A stretch of DNA of 64,000 nt from a virus. Its lineage: Duplodnaviria > Caudoviricetes. The position numbers were made by a program, and so were the translations under genes. The notes under the pieces were generated by a model. It was not told the origin of the DNA and did no database searches. It saw nothing but the letters and a program-made list of their open reading frames with translations. Position 1 is the first letter of the stretch. The number at the start of each line of letters is the position of its first letter. The DNA lies in IMG/VR virus record IMGVR_UViG_3300031801_001562. The stretch is one strand, 5' to 3'. This document shows, in pieces, positions 38,650-49,037 of this stretch.

Positions 38650-39121
38650 AAAATTCTTTAAAAAGTTTTTTACCTATTTCTAAATTATTAAATAAATCTT
38701 TTATATTATTATTACCTACTTCATCGGTAATATATTTGTAACATTCAAAACCTACGAGAAATTCATCACATATTTCTTTTAAGAAAAAGGCTTCACAATC
38801 TACTAAATCTGGATTTGAAACATTTTGAGAAACAACTTTTTTTGTAACATACTTACCTTGAGATAAGAGAGTCAATCCTATATTGTTACCTAAAATTTTG
38901 TTTCCATGTTTAAATGTAGTAATTTGATGTAAGCCTCTTAGACCTGAAACATATGTTCCACAAGAACCATAATTTACTATTCGTGTTAATAACTGTTGAG
39001 TCAACGATAAAGATTGTAAATAATTTCTTAAACTTTCTTTACATTTTTTTTCGCCGATTCCTAATAAAATATCCGGATTATCATATTCCTCCGGCATTGC
39101 TACTGCTAATATGTTTCGCAT
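38639..39121 (-). CDS. Nucleoside phosphorylase / MTA-SAH nucleosidase-like protein
   Basis: AMPEE, GIG, NYGSCG, DLVDCEA, YKYITD resemble the PNP_UDP_1 family. Confidence 0.65.
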   Translation of the reverse strand: MRNILAVAMPEEYDNPDILLGIGEKKCKESLRNYLQSLSLTQQLLTRIVNYGSCGTYVSGLRGLHQITTFKHGNKILGNNIGLTLLSQGKYVTKKVVSQNVSNPDLVDCEAFFLKEICDEFLVGFECYKYITDEVGNNNIKDLFNNLEIGKKLFKEFYDR

Positions 39122-40215
39122 ACACTATCGTAAATGGTTTGACATTCTTTCGGCATTCCCCATTTTTGAAAATACTTATAAAATTTTATATATTGATTTG
39201 TATATTCTGGATTATTTTTTTCACTAAACATGAATTCAGAAACCTTGTCTAATTTTTTATCTAATTTATTTGATATTAATTCTTTTGTAATATCTGGTAA
39301 ATGTAAAATACTTAAATAATGAGGTTTTAATATTAAATCTAATGCGTGGTTTTCGCCTTCCATACCGTAATGAATTGGAAGGTCTATCCAATTGATTAAA
39401 TCATTTAAACCTAGAATAGAAAAATTATGAATTACAGAATTATAAGAAATGTTTGTTGTATAATTCATCCATTTTGCAGAATTAATTTTAAAATCTTTTA
39501 TATTTAAACCGCGTCTATTCCATTCACCTAATTTACCAATAGAATCTATACTTAATACTAAAGAAATCTTTTTAAATTTGGGCAAATAATATTGCCATTT
39601 TTTATTTGGAAAAACAGAATTATTTGTGTTAATAAACAATTCAACATTTTGAATAATTTTTTGATCTTCTAAAACTTTAAAAACTTTTAAAAAATTATCT
39701 TCTATTAGTGGCTCTCCTCCAAGGATTCTTAATAATGTTAAATTTTCTAGATTTACATTGAACAAATCATATGGAGAAGTTAAATGTTTTTGAGGAGATA
39801 TTTGTCCAACTTTATCTACTCCAATATTATTTAATGCTATATCATCCTCATACCAATTTTGACTAAAATGGCTGCAACACATGATGCATTGAAAATTACA
39901 TTTATTACTTAAACATAATTCTAATTCTCTTATAGAAGGAGTTACAACGTGAGGATATTTTTCATTCCAATAATCTCTATGACTAGGATTACCGTTTTTA
40001 GCATCAACTTTACATTCTATACATCCAGGAATATCTTCATTGGTAACCATTCGCATACGAAAATTATAGTATTCTTTACCATCAAAAAATTCTTGAAGAT
40101 TTTTATGAGTTTCACCAATTTTTACATTCTTAAATCTATTAAAATATGTTGAACAAGGAACTACACTTCCATTTTCATCTTGTCTTATTGCCACCCATGG
40201 CGCACTACATCTCAT
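39106..40215 (-). CDS. Radical SAM protein with N-terminal SPASM/twitch-like domain
   Basis: CSAPW...G.V.PC...CIEC; core CNFQCIMC, LGGEP. Confidence 0.9.
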   Translation of the reverse strand: MRCSAPWVAIRQDENGSVVPCSTYFNRFKNVKIGETHKNLQEFFDGKEYYNFRMRMVTNEDIPGCIECKVDAKNGNPSHRDYWNEKYPHVVTPSIRELELCLSNKCNFQCIMCCSHFSQNWYEDDIALNNIGVDKVGQISPQKHLTSPYDLFNVNLENLTLLRILGGEPLIEDNFLKVFKVLEDQKIIQNVELFINTNNSVFPNKKWQYYLPKFKKISLVLSIDSIGKLGEWNRRGLNIKDFKINSAKWMNYTTNISYNSVIHNFSILGLNDLINWIDLPIHYGMEGENHALDLILKPHYLSILHLPDITKELISNKLDKKLDKVSEFMFSEKNNPEYTNQYIKFYKYFQKWGMPKECQTIYDSVCETY

Positions 40216-40961
40216 GACCAATCCCCCATGGTATTTGGGTCTGGACATCGACGAAATTGTCTATCATATTCTTTATAATGATCTAAAGACCTTTCTGTTA
40301 ATCCGCTTTCGAGTTTTATCATCTCTTGTAATCGATTAATTTTAGTGCTTCTAACAATTGGATTAACACCTTTAGATAATAACCAATCAAGCATAACACC
40401 TGATGAGATTGATGTCTCACCCGGCAAAGACGGAGGTTTACCTCTACAAATGGAAGAATAAGACTGTACTTCAATGTTATGACGTTTACATTCATTAATT
40501 AATTCATCATTCTGACAAAATATATTCAATTCAAATTGATTTATATCAGGTGGTATTTCACATATATCTAATAATTTTTGAAGATGTTTAATTGTAAAAT
40601 TACAGACACCTATTTTTTCAACTTGGCCTTCATTTTTAAGATGTTCAAATGCTCTCCATGTTTCTTTTAATTCTTTTAATGGTAAAACGGGCCAATGTAT
40701 TAAATATGTTGTTATACTTAAATGTTCACTAGATTTTTCAAACTCCTCAATAACATTTTCATATCCCCATTTAAAATAATCTAATTTGGACTGGACTTGA
40801 AAGATACCCTCAAGATCATTACCAACTTCTTTCTCATTTAAATATACAGGAGCAGTATCAAAAGTATCAAAGCCGGCTTTTATAGCATCTTCAATTCCAG
40901 TACCTTTACCTTTTAAAGCGTGACCATCATCGCCCCACTTTTCAACTGTTCCAAATATCAT
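40212..40961 (-). CDS. Aldo/keto reductase
   Basis: FDTAPVYLNEKEVG, YLIHWP, KIGVCNF, NQFE. Confidence 0.92.
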   Translation of the reverse strand: MIFGTVEKWGDDGHALKGKGTGIEDAIKAGFDTFDTAPVYLNEKEVGNDLEGIFQVQSKLDYFKWGYENVIEEFEKSSEHLSITTYLIHWPVLPLKELKETWRAFEHLKNEGQVEKIGVCNFTIKHLQKLLDICEIPPDINQFELNIFCQNDELINECKRHNIEVQSYSSICRGKPPSLPGETSISSGVMLDWLLSKGVNPIVRSTKINRLQEMIKLESGLTERSLDHYKEYDRQFRRCPDPNTMGDWS

Positions 40962-42025
40962 ATATTATACATTATAATGGGTGGGACATTGTCAGTTATT
41001 TTACCCATATCCTCTAAGAGATATTCAGAAGGTAGAGCTCGCTTATATTCATCTTCAAATTCCGGTAAAAAATCTAATAATGATTTATTATATTGAACAT
41101 CGCGCACTTTTAAAAAACTCATGGCTGATTTAAATTTGCCTAAATCTGGTTCAGCATGTTTAAAAGATTTTGTTAACTGGTGGCTTTCACTATTTTGAAG
41201 CTTATATGGAATAGGTAAATTTATAGCATCTAAAATACTAGGTATCATCAATCTATTAACTGTAGTTAATGTTTTCCCAAATTCACCAGACACATAATTT
41301 TTAATATCATTTAAATACTTATAATTCATCATTTGCATGGTACAGTAGAAATCTATATCAAAGTATTCCGCATATTTTTTTACATTTAAATGTTTTTTAG
41401 TAAAATTGGAACCTTGACGAATATAATCATCTAATTGCCCAACACCATCTATCGAAACTATAAATTTAATTTTCTTCTTAGTTAATTTATATAACCATTT
41501 GGGAAAAACGGTGGCATTAGTTATGAGTACAAATTCTGCATCAAGATTAAATAGTGCGTCTTTTACACTTTTCATTAATAATGCTTCGCCTCCTATAAAC
41601 CCAATTTTTTTAATATCTTTAAATTCATCAATATTATAATTCCAATTATCTATTAATGGTCCATATCTGGAAGACCTTTCAGGACCACAACCAGCGCATC
41701 GTAGGTTGCATTGATTACCAATTTGATTTAAATTAATATGAGTTAATTCTTCCTTAGGTGGCTTAATAAAAGGAATTCTAGGAGACGTTTCATTAGAGTT
41801 TTCTAATTTTATACAAAATTGGCACATGTCTTGTATATCAGAAGAAAATATGCCATTAGCCATATCTGATCGAATATTTTTTAATAAAGAACTATTAAAG
41901 AAATTATTCGGCGATGAATTATGATATTTTGGATATACTTTAGACCAAGAACAAGTTTGATAATCCCCTTCCATGGTCATGTTTAACATGCTATATGGAA
42001 ATTCACATGTGAAGTTTTTAATCAT
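40958..42025 (-). CDS. Radical SAM protein with N-terminal SPASM/twitch-like domain
   Basis: CEFPY...G.Y..C...CQFC; core CNLRCAGC, IGGE. Confidence 0.9.
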   Translation of the reverse strand: MIKNFTCEFPYSMLNMTMEGDYQTCSWSKVYPKYHNSSPNNFFNSSLLKNIRSDMANGIFSSDIQDMCQFCIKLENSNETSPRIPFIKPPKEELTHINLNQIGNQCNLRCAGCGPERSSRYGPLIDNWNYNIDEFKDIKKIGFIGGEALLMKSVKDALFNLDAEFVLITNATVFPKWLYKLTKKKIKFIVSIDGVGQLDDYIRQGSNFTKKHLNVKKYAEYFDIDFYCTMQMMNYKYLNDIKNYVSGEFGKTLTTVNRLMIPSILDAINLPIPYKLQNSESHQLTKSFKHAEPDLGKFKSAMSFLKVRDVQYNKSLLDFLPEFEDEYKRALPSEYLLEDMGKITDNVPPIIMYNI

Positions 42026-42026
42026 A

Positions 42027-42884
42027 TTAATCGGGAACAGCTATCCTATACGTCATGCCCCATTTTACAAAAGAATCAACTGTTGTGATAGAATATCCTA
42101 GACTAGCAAAAAAATCATTAACCGTAGTAATATTTATATTGAAAGGTTCATTTGCTTTATCTGTACCGGGACCAAAATTAACAGAATCTGATGCATGACC
42201 ATAATAACCCATTTGATCTTCGTATACTTGGTATATTATAGCGGGCCTGTGTGTTTGTATAGTATTAATGGCTCCCATAATAGCAAGATATTCACAACCA
42301 TTAGTATGTAAATTAATTAAATCAACATCGGGGAAATCATATTCATCAAGTTCTTTCATTGGAAGAGTAGCATCATCCGGAAGAGTATATTTAGCCGCAT
42401 TTACTGCTATATCATTTCTGACAAATCTGGAAGAACTATGGTCAGCGTCATCAGTTAATTCTATGAGACCTAACTCGCCCCCTTTATACTGTCCTCCCAT
42501 TGAACCATCTTTCAAAAATACGTTCACATTATAATCCCAACCATCCGACAGAGTAATTTGTTTACTAAATCGGTGTGAAATAATAACTTTGTATATTTCT
42601 ATATTGGATAGACTTTCGGTATTTTTCTGAAAACAATCAATGTTAGATGCAGAAGGTTCAAATGCTTGCACTATGTTGAAATCTTTACTCAATGCAGTTG
42701 ACCAGGCCCCCGTATATGCTCCAATATCTATTGCTGTTCTTTTATTAGATAAATTTAAATCATCTAATATTTTCTGATGAAGACTAAGAGACGCATCATT
42801 ATCTCCAATGGGAAAGTCATCAGCTAGCTTGTCTCTAAGTGCTGTATCGTCTTCGTGTCTATACCATCCGTTATCTTTTATCAT
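42027..42884 (-). CDS. FkbM-family methyltransferase
   Basis: AIDIGAYTGAWS, AFEP, D.D.I....NG.E..AI.GA..TI....P.I. Confidence 0.8.
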   Translation of the reverse strand: MIKDNGWYRHEDDTALRDKLADDFPIGDNDASLSLHQKILDDLNLSNKRTAIDIGAYTGAWSTALSKDFNIVQAFEPSASNIDCFQKNTESLSNIEIYKVIISHRFSKQITLSDGWDYNVNVFLKDGSMGGQYKGGELGLIELTDDADHSSSRFVRNDIAVNAAKYTLPDDATLPMKELDEYDFPDVDLINLHTNGCEYLAIMGAINTIQTHRPAIIYQVYEDQMGYYGHASDSVNFGPGTDKANEPFNINITTVNDFFASLGYSITTVDSFVKWGMTYRIAVPD

Positions 42885-42899
42885 TTAATTCCCTTTTGA

Positions 42900-43979
42900 T
42901 TAATAAGAATTGAACGCTGGAATTCTTTCATCAGTATATCCTAAAATATTGTTCATCTCATTAATTTCTTTTATATATTGTGATTTCCATGGTTCTTTTA
43001 AATATAGACTATCAACTCTTTGAATATATCTTAAATTATGTTGGATCCTATATCCTAATCTGCCAGTAGATAAATCTCCTTGACGCCTATGTAGAGAAAT
43101 AGTATTATCAAGAAAAATTAAATCACTGGACTTATACCAATGATCGTAAATATATTTATCTACTAATAATGTTTTATTTATATTATCGGTTATTTTTTTA
43201 AATTCAGAATCAGTCGCGCCTTTAATTCCGGCAACAGTGCTGGTAATAGTATAATGTAAACCCTTTATTCCGCCGGGAGACTGCATAACCATGGGCAGTT
43301 CACTTCTTTCGGGGCACATATTATTTTTAATTATTACTTGTTGTTCATCTTCCGATAATTCGGGAGTAAATCTATTTTTAGTAAAATCATGTATGAGAAT
43401 CATATCATCGAGCTCACTTCTAAAAGATTCTGTCTGTTCTTCATACCAATCGGCCGTAGTCAAAAACCCGGTAGAGGATCCTATGACATCTGCATATCCA
43501 TAAAAAGATACGCTAGGCGCGAATAAAAAATTGCCAGATTCATTAGCATGCCAAAGCAGGTCTCCATCGGGAAACATTCCCATAAAATCACCATTAGAAT
43601 CTCTTCTAGATGTTACTCTAACTGCTGCAGCTTTTTCTTTATCTATATCAGTAGCCTTAATCTTATCTACTGCTCTAAACCATTGCTTCTCTTCATCAGT
43701 TAAGTTTAATTTCGACATATTTTCAGCAAATTGAAAAACATCTGCGAACCCATATTTTTTGGTAATATTAAATAAAAAAGTACTAGTGCCATCACCCCAT
43801 TTCAAGGTTAGCTCTTCGAATTGTGGTAAAGTAAAATCACAATTGCGTATTATAATTACTAAATTGTCCAAATATAAAGTGGCGATCTCATTCCATAATT
43901 CGGGAGTAATATCTTCATAACGTAGATTATCTATGAATAGGCCAAAGCTTCCTAATCCAGGTATTTTACTTGTTTTCAT
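42900..43979 (-). CDS. TauD/TfdA-like Fe/2OG dioxygenase
   Basis: LVIIIRN, LLWHANES, T.F, H.Y...D....DN...LHRR. Confidence 0.8.
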   Translation of the reverse strand: MKTSKIPGLGSFGLFIDNLRYEDITPELWNEIATLYLDNLVIIIRNCDFTLPQFEELTLKWGDGTSTFLFNITKKYGFADVFQFAENMSKLNLTDEEKQWFRAVDKIKATDIDKEKAAAVRVTSRRDSNGDFMGMFPDGDLLWHANESGNFLFAPSVSFYGYADVIGSSTGFLTTADWYEEQTESFRSELDDMILIHDFTKNRFTPELSEDEQQVIIKNNMCPERSELPMVMQSPGGIKGLHYTITSTVAGIKGATDSEFKKITDNINKTLLVDKYIYDHWYKSSDLIFLDNTISLHRRQGDLSTGRLGYRIQHNLRYIQRVDSLYLKEPWKSQYIKEINEMNNILGYTDERIPAFNSY

Positions 43980-43987
43980 ATAATTAT

Positions 43988-45004
43988 TTAAAATTGAGTG
44001 GTGTGACTCATAATATTGTTTGTTATGTCGTCTATTTTATCTGCCGATACAAACTTTGATTCTAAGTGAGACCAATACCATTGATAATCTGTACTGTCCC
44101 AATCTTCATATATTTCATCCCACGTATACTCGGTCATATGAGGTATAAAAAAATAATCTGCTAAAGGATCAGATAATGGTATAAATCTAAAATCAGCAGA
44201 AAGTCTTATATGATTCGTTGTATTAGTTGTACTAAAATGGGTAGTCAGATTATGAAAAAAGAATACATCGCCGCTTTCAAAATCATTGGTTAACCATTCA
44301 TGATCATCTTTTTTTAGTTTAAAAGTTATCTGATCGGATTGGTCATAAAATCTATCTTCATTTGGAATAAAACCCAAATTTAAATGACTATCCTTCGCAG
44401 TTACTATAACACCCTTATCCATGGGAGTATCGCCTAATGGGACCCACGCGGTCCACATATTTCGCGCAATTCCGGAATACCAAAAATCCTGATGTAATTT
44501 AGAAAATTCACCATTATTTTTAAAAAATCTAAAAAGTACTCTAGGCAATAAAACAAATTCTTCGCCATACATATGAGAAAATAATTTAAGTACAGAAGGT
44601 TCTTTATGTAAATATTCATTAAAAGATTGTAATTTAACGCATTTTTCCCAAAATGCATGGGGCCCAGATCCGGAATTAACATCTACATCATCGCGTAAAA
44701 TATCATCTTTTAATAATAAATTTTGTTCATTACATATACGCAAAACATCATCCCTTAAAGATATGTTTCTTTCTACATCCACTATTCCTTTTATATATAA
44801 GTAACCATCTAACTTAGCCCTTTTTTTAATCTCGTCAAAATCACCATCATGAAATGCCTCACTGGAATCTGTATATGGAGACATATCATAATCATTAATA
44901 TCACCAGACCAATCATTATGAACGGTTTCATATAAACCATGCATTACAGCGCTGTCCGTAGCATTATGTTGAATTCGTTTTTCTACGTCATGCATAGATT
45001 TCAT
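43988..45004 (-). CDS. PhyH-family Fe/2OG dioxygenase
   Basis: DGYL, LHQD, TAWVPLGD, GDV.FF...T.H.S..N....IR.S.D.R. Confidence 0.88.
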   Translation of the reverse strand: MKSMHDVEKRIQHNATDSAVMHGLYETVHNDWSGDINDYDMSPYTDSSEAFHDGDFDEIKKRAKLDGYLYIKGIVDVERNISLRDDVLRICNEQNLLLKDDILRDDVDVNSGSGPHAFWEKCVKLQSFNEYLHKEPSVLKLFSHMYGEEFVLLPRVLFRFFKNNGEFSKLHQDFWYSGIARNMWTAWVPLGDTPMDKGVIVTAKDSHLNLGFIPNEDRFYDQSDQITFKLKKDDHEWLTNDFESGDVFFFHNLTTHFSTTNTTNHIRLSADFRFIPLSDPLADYFFIPHMTEYTWDEIYEDWDSTDYQWYWSHLESKFVSADKIDDITNNIMSHTTQF

Positions 45005-46817
45005 TCCTCTCCGCCAATCCGGATTGCTCCGTGATATTTTTTGTTACATCTCGATAGTAAAAATCCGAATCGGATTTAGATTTTATCATTTCAATCACCT
45101 CGGCGAACTGTTCATCATTTAAAGTATTTATATATGCTTCAGAAATAAATGTTGTGACATCGTGGAAAAAAAACATATGATGTTCCTTGAAAAATTTAAC
45201 ATCTTGAAATTTTAAAGATTTCATATCATATGCAAAATAACTCTTGTTTATTAAAGATTCTAATTCTGAATATCTTTCATGTATTATTCCATGAGAATTA
45301 ATAATATATGTTTGCAATTTTTTAAAAACTTCAACTAGTGGAACATTGATACATTTGCTTATATAACTTACAACGTCTTTTAGAATAATATGATACCAAA
45401 AACATTCTATTATCCAATAAAACATCCAACACTTAATAACATCAGATTCTGACATTGAAGCGGTTTCTACTATTATATCAGCATATTCTAAATGTTCATT
45501 TTTATATTTGTCTAAGCTGGTATATATACGCCTCTCGGAAAATTCCTTACTTACAAAATAATTATATGGCATATTTCTAACTTTGATTTTATATTTTTTT
45601 TGATATTCCGGCGCACCAAATTCGGAATTAGGAAGAACCATGGCTGGATATATCATCCCATCAGACGAATCATTTTGTAAAAAATATTCCCAATCAGAAA
45701 TAAAACTATTATATGTCATTCCCGGTAAAGGAATTATAAGTTCAACTTCAAAAGGCACATCATTTTGCTTTTGATTATCTACTATTAGATCTAGATCAGC
45801 TATGCTTAAATTATCTCGCCTAATATTAGCTAATGTATCATGATCAAAACTTTGTATAGCTACTCTGGGCGATGGTGTTTTATCAAAGGGTAATGCCTCT
45901 CTGATTAATTTCTGAATTTCCGCAACTCCATTTTTTTTCGGTGGCGTCTTGGCATACCCTAAGGTTGGAAAAAATTCAGGATAGCCCTCTTTTTTGTAAA
46001 CATCAACCAAATGTTGCACGAGTTCAATATCTCTTTTTTTAAATATACCAAAATTTGCATCAGATATCCACATTGCAAACATTTTTTTATCCGCAATGTA
46101 TGTAATTTCATCCTTACACCGATCTATATCAAATATTTTTACTTTTTGATAAGTTAATCCTCCCCAATCACAAAAAGAACATCTAAAGGGACATCCTCTA
46201 TTAGATTCCCATGTAGCATGGAATTTTACATTGGGATGATCTGTCATTAATTTTTCAAAAAATCCAGTGAGATAAGGACTTGGTATTACATCAAGATCTT
46301 TCATTCTAGGATGGGAAGAAGTTCTCAGAATATCATTAGTATCATTTAATATGATCCCATTTATTTTAGAATAGTCTGGAATATCATTAATTCCTTCTAA
46401 TAAAACATTTTCAAAAATTTCTTCGCCTTCATTTACAACAGCAATATCAATATATGGGTGATCTTTAAACCACTTATCCTGTTTAATTGGTATATGAGGA
46501 CCGCCAACAATAATAAGACAATTAGGATATAGTTCTTTAATTTTTTTTGCTATAATACATTGAAAGCTTGTATTCCAAACATAACAGCAAAATGCTACCA
46601 CATCTGGATGATCTAAGGAATCTAATATATCATTTAAAGGATCCCTAAACACAATAGTGTCTTTAAGAATATAATTATTTTTAATCAATTCATTGCGGTA
46701 AGCATATTCCCACAATACCCCTGCCGTATAAGGCAAGAAGGCCCACTCACATTCTGACATGCCCCCTATAGTTTCGTCAGCTGGGGTTATTTGACACATG
46801 TATAAATTTTTATTCAT
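44988..46817 (-). CDS. Cobalamin-binding radical SAM protein
   Basis: LPY..G.L, PDVV.F..Y.WN, IVGGPH, EGEE, ESNRGCPFRCSFCDWG. Confidence 0.92.
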   Translation of the reverse strand: MNKNLYMCQITPADETIGGMSECEWAFLPYTAGVLWEYAYRNELIKNNYILKDTIVFRDPLNDILDSLDHPDVVAFCCYVWNTSFQCIIAKKIKELYPNCLIIVGGPHIPIKQDKWFKDHPYIDIAVVNEGEEIFENVLLEGINDIPDYSKINGIILNDTNDILRTSSHPRMKDLDVIPSPYLTGFFEKLMTDHPNVKFHATWESNRGCPFRCSFCDWGGLTYQKVKIFDIDRCKDEITYIADKKMFAMWISDANFGIFKKRDIELVQHLVDVYKKEGYPEFFPTLGYAKTPPKKNGVAEIQKLIREALPFDKTPSPRVAIQSFDHDTLANIRRDNLSIADLDLIVDNQKQNDVPFEVELIIPLPGMTYNSFISDWEYFLQNDSSDGMIYPAMVLPNSEFGAPEYQKKYKIKVRNMPYNYFVSKEFSERRIYTSLDKYKNEHLEYADIIVETASMSESDVIKCWMFYWIIECFWYHIILKDVVSYISKCINVPLVEVFKKLQTYIINSHGIIHERYSELESLINKSYFAYDMKSLKFQDVKFFKEHHMFFFHDVTTFISEAYINTLNDEQFAEVIEMIKSKSDSDFYYRDVTKNITEQSGLAERNEIYA

Positions 46818-47740
46818 TGCAATGTATCATTAAAATCTATTTTTATAGTTGCATGATTATCATGAACGGCGCTGGATAACGATTCATCCGGAACAATATT
46901 TAAATTATATCTATCCCAATAAAAACATTTTGATTTATCTTTAAAATTTGAATATATATCTTTCCATTCCAAATCTTTAGAATGTGTATCAAAAAATAAA
47001 TCAAAAAATCTCTCATCTATGGGTTGGTATCTAACGTCTAAGGTACTCCGAACTTTAGATGATATATTATGATTGTTTCCATGTTGAGTGAGGACATTGA
47101 ACATTAAAAAATCTCCTGTTTGAAAATTATCAGAAACCCATTCTTCAAAGTTAGTTGGATGAAATGCAATCATCTGATTTTTTTCATGAAAATATCTTTG
47201 TTCTGGAGGAATTTCTCCAAGAATATGAGATTGAGAATTTATTTTCATGGTACCAAGCTCTATAGGAACGTCTCCAAAAGGAACCCATATCGTCCACAAA
47301 TCATTTGACATTCCAGCATACCAATGATCTTGATGTGGTAATGTTGTCAATCTGGGATTATTAGGAAAAATTGTCCTTTGAACTAATCTGGGTATAGGTA
47401 TGCAATCTTTGCCAGTAATTATTTTCATTACATCATAAAACATTTTTTGATGCATATATGAATGTAAATCTTCCAGATAATTAATATCAGTAAAATATTC
47501 ATCCGGGCCCACTCCGCCCGCATAAAACATATCTTGAAAATCTGTATTAAAATCCCCAGTTTCAGTAATATAATTATATTTTAATAAAATTTCGTCTATT
47601 TGGCGTTTAACATTTAAATTCTCTTCTACATCTAAACATTGTTTGAAAAAAAGATATCCATACTCATCTGCAAAATTTTTAATTTCTGAAACATTTCCAT
47701 TTTTCCAATGCTCACTACAATCTATGAATTTTTTTACCAT
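46814..47740 (-). CDS. PhyH-family Fe/2OG dioxygenase
   Basis: YGYL, PHQD, TIWVPFGD, GDFL.F...T.H....N...VRS..D.R; paralog of 43988-45004. Confidence 0.88.
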   Translation of the reverse strand: MVKKFIDCSEHWKNGNVSEIKNFADEYGYLFFKQCLDVEENLNVKRQIDEILLKYNYITETGDFNTDFQDMFYAGGVGPDEYFTDINYLEDLHSYMHQKMFYDVMKIITGKDCIPIPRLVQRTIFPNNPRLTTLPHQDHWYAGMSNDLWTIWVPFGDVPIELGTMKINSQSHILGEIPPEQRYFHEKNQMIAFHPTNFEEWVSDNFQTGDFLMFNVLTQHGNNHNISSKVRSTLDVRYQPIDERFFDLFFDTHSKDLEWKDIYSNFKDKSKCFYWDRYNLNIVPDESLSSAVHDNHATIKIDFNDTLQ

Positions 47741-48429
47741 AAAACATCCAGTGCTCGAGGATTCAATGATATAAAAAACTGGTATACATCATCAGCAAAG
47801 GCTAGCCCTTCGTGAGGTTTAATGGAATCATGTAAATAGAGCCGGCCTTGTTCTATATGCGATTCGCTTACCATTTTACCATCTTTTTCATAACGTATAA
47901 CCATGCCGTCGGGATTAGTAGTGCCCCATAATTTAATCCATTGTGTTGGATGCCATGTATCTATATGTTTTTTAAAATGGCCCAAATAATCCCATTTGAG
48001 TATGCAGCTTCTATACATATAAGGCGATAATTCACTTAATGCAGATAGGCTAGAAATCTTTAATGCATCGGTTGGCACTTTAAAATGTTTTTCATTCACA
48101 ATGCTGTCCATATCAATTTCCCGAGAATTCCATTCTTTCCATTTAATTAGATGATCATCTGTCCATTCTTTATATTTAAATTGTGGATATTCTAATAAAA
48201 AATTCCATCTATCTAATGGATAACACGCAGGGTCATCTTTTTTAAAAATACCATCTTCATTGATTAAAGGAACCGCGGATCTTGGAAATTCTAGGTGAAC
48301 ATCTCCCCACGGAAGAAAATTAAATTTGGATATTTCTTTTACAAATATTTCACTATCTATTTTTAACTTTGTGGGAACTAAATTTTGGGTATGATATGTG
48401 TAATATTCTTTTTCCGTTAAGACTTCCAT
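47734..48429 (-). CDS. Hypothetical protein, possible Fe/2OG oxygenase fold
   Basis: HFKKHID (HxD) and a late PH motif; weak. Confidence 0.45.
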   Translation of the reverse strand: MEVLTEKEYYTYHTQNLVPTKLKIDSEIFVKEISKFNFLPWGDVHLEFPRSAVPLINEDGIFKKDDPACYPLDRWNFLLEYPQFKYKEWTDDHLIKWKEWNSREIDMDSIVNEKHFKVPTDALKISSLSALSELSPYMYRSCILKWDYLGHFKKHIDTWHPTQWIKLWGTTNPDGMVIRYEKDGKMVSESHIEQGRLYLHDSIKPHEGLAFADDVYQFFISLNPRALDVLW

Positions 48430-49037
48430 GTATCATTCTTTATCTGAGTTGATCTAGTCAAAAATTCTCCTGTGTCAAGGTTAAATGTATCACCTGTATT
48501 TACACCATCAACAAATAATGTATCTTCGTGTTCCAAATAATATGGAGAGTCTTTAAAATTAAAAACAGCACCATTTGAAATCATTACTGGCGGAATGCAT
48601 TCTGTAGAGCCATATATGTTCCAAACATTTTGAGCACCTGTTGATTTCATTAATAAAATATCTTCATCAGTAACTGGAGCAGAACCTGTAGAAAAATTTC
48701 TAACAAATTCAAGATTTGGTTTTCTTCTTTTAGCAAGAATTCGCCATGTTCCAACTGCCAATGTAAGAACTGTTGGTTTAACTTCTTCTACAACATCCCA
48801 GAATTTCAAAGGTTCAAATTTAACATTTACTACGTCGCAATGAGTAATCTTTGCGGGTATTATACAAAATGCCCAACATGCTATAGTCCATGACGGAAAA
48901 GGATTTATAATAACATCTCGTTCATCTATTCCCCATTTTTCAACTAACCAATGTCCTGCTTGATAAAATTTTTTTATGTCATGCGTAACTTTTTTTTGCT
49001 TTCCTGTGGAACCACTACTATACATAGATATATTCAT
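48417..49037 (-). CDS. Minimal AMP-binding (adenylate-forming) enzyme
   Basis: YSSGSTGKQK, TGSAP, IYGSTE, TGD; about 206 aa, lacking most of the usual fold. Confidence 0.75.
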   Translation of the reverse strand: MNISMYSSGSTGKQKKVTHDIKKFYQAGHWLVEKWGIDERDVIINPFPSWTIACWAFCIIPAKITHCDVVNVKFEPLKFWDVVEEVKPTVLTLAVGTWRILAKRRKPNLEFVRNFSTGSAPVTDEDILLMKSTGAQNVWNIYGSTECIPPVMISNGAVFNFKDSPYYLEHEDTLFVDGVNTGDTFNLDTGEFLTRSTQIKNDTWKS

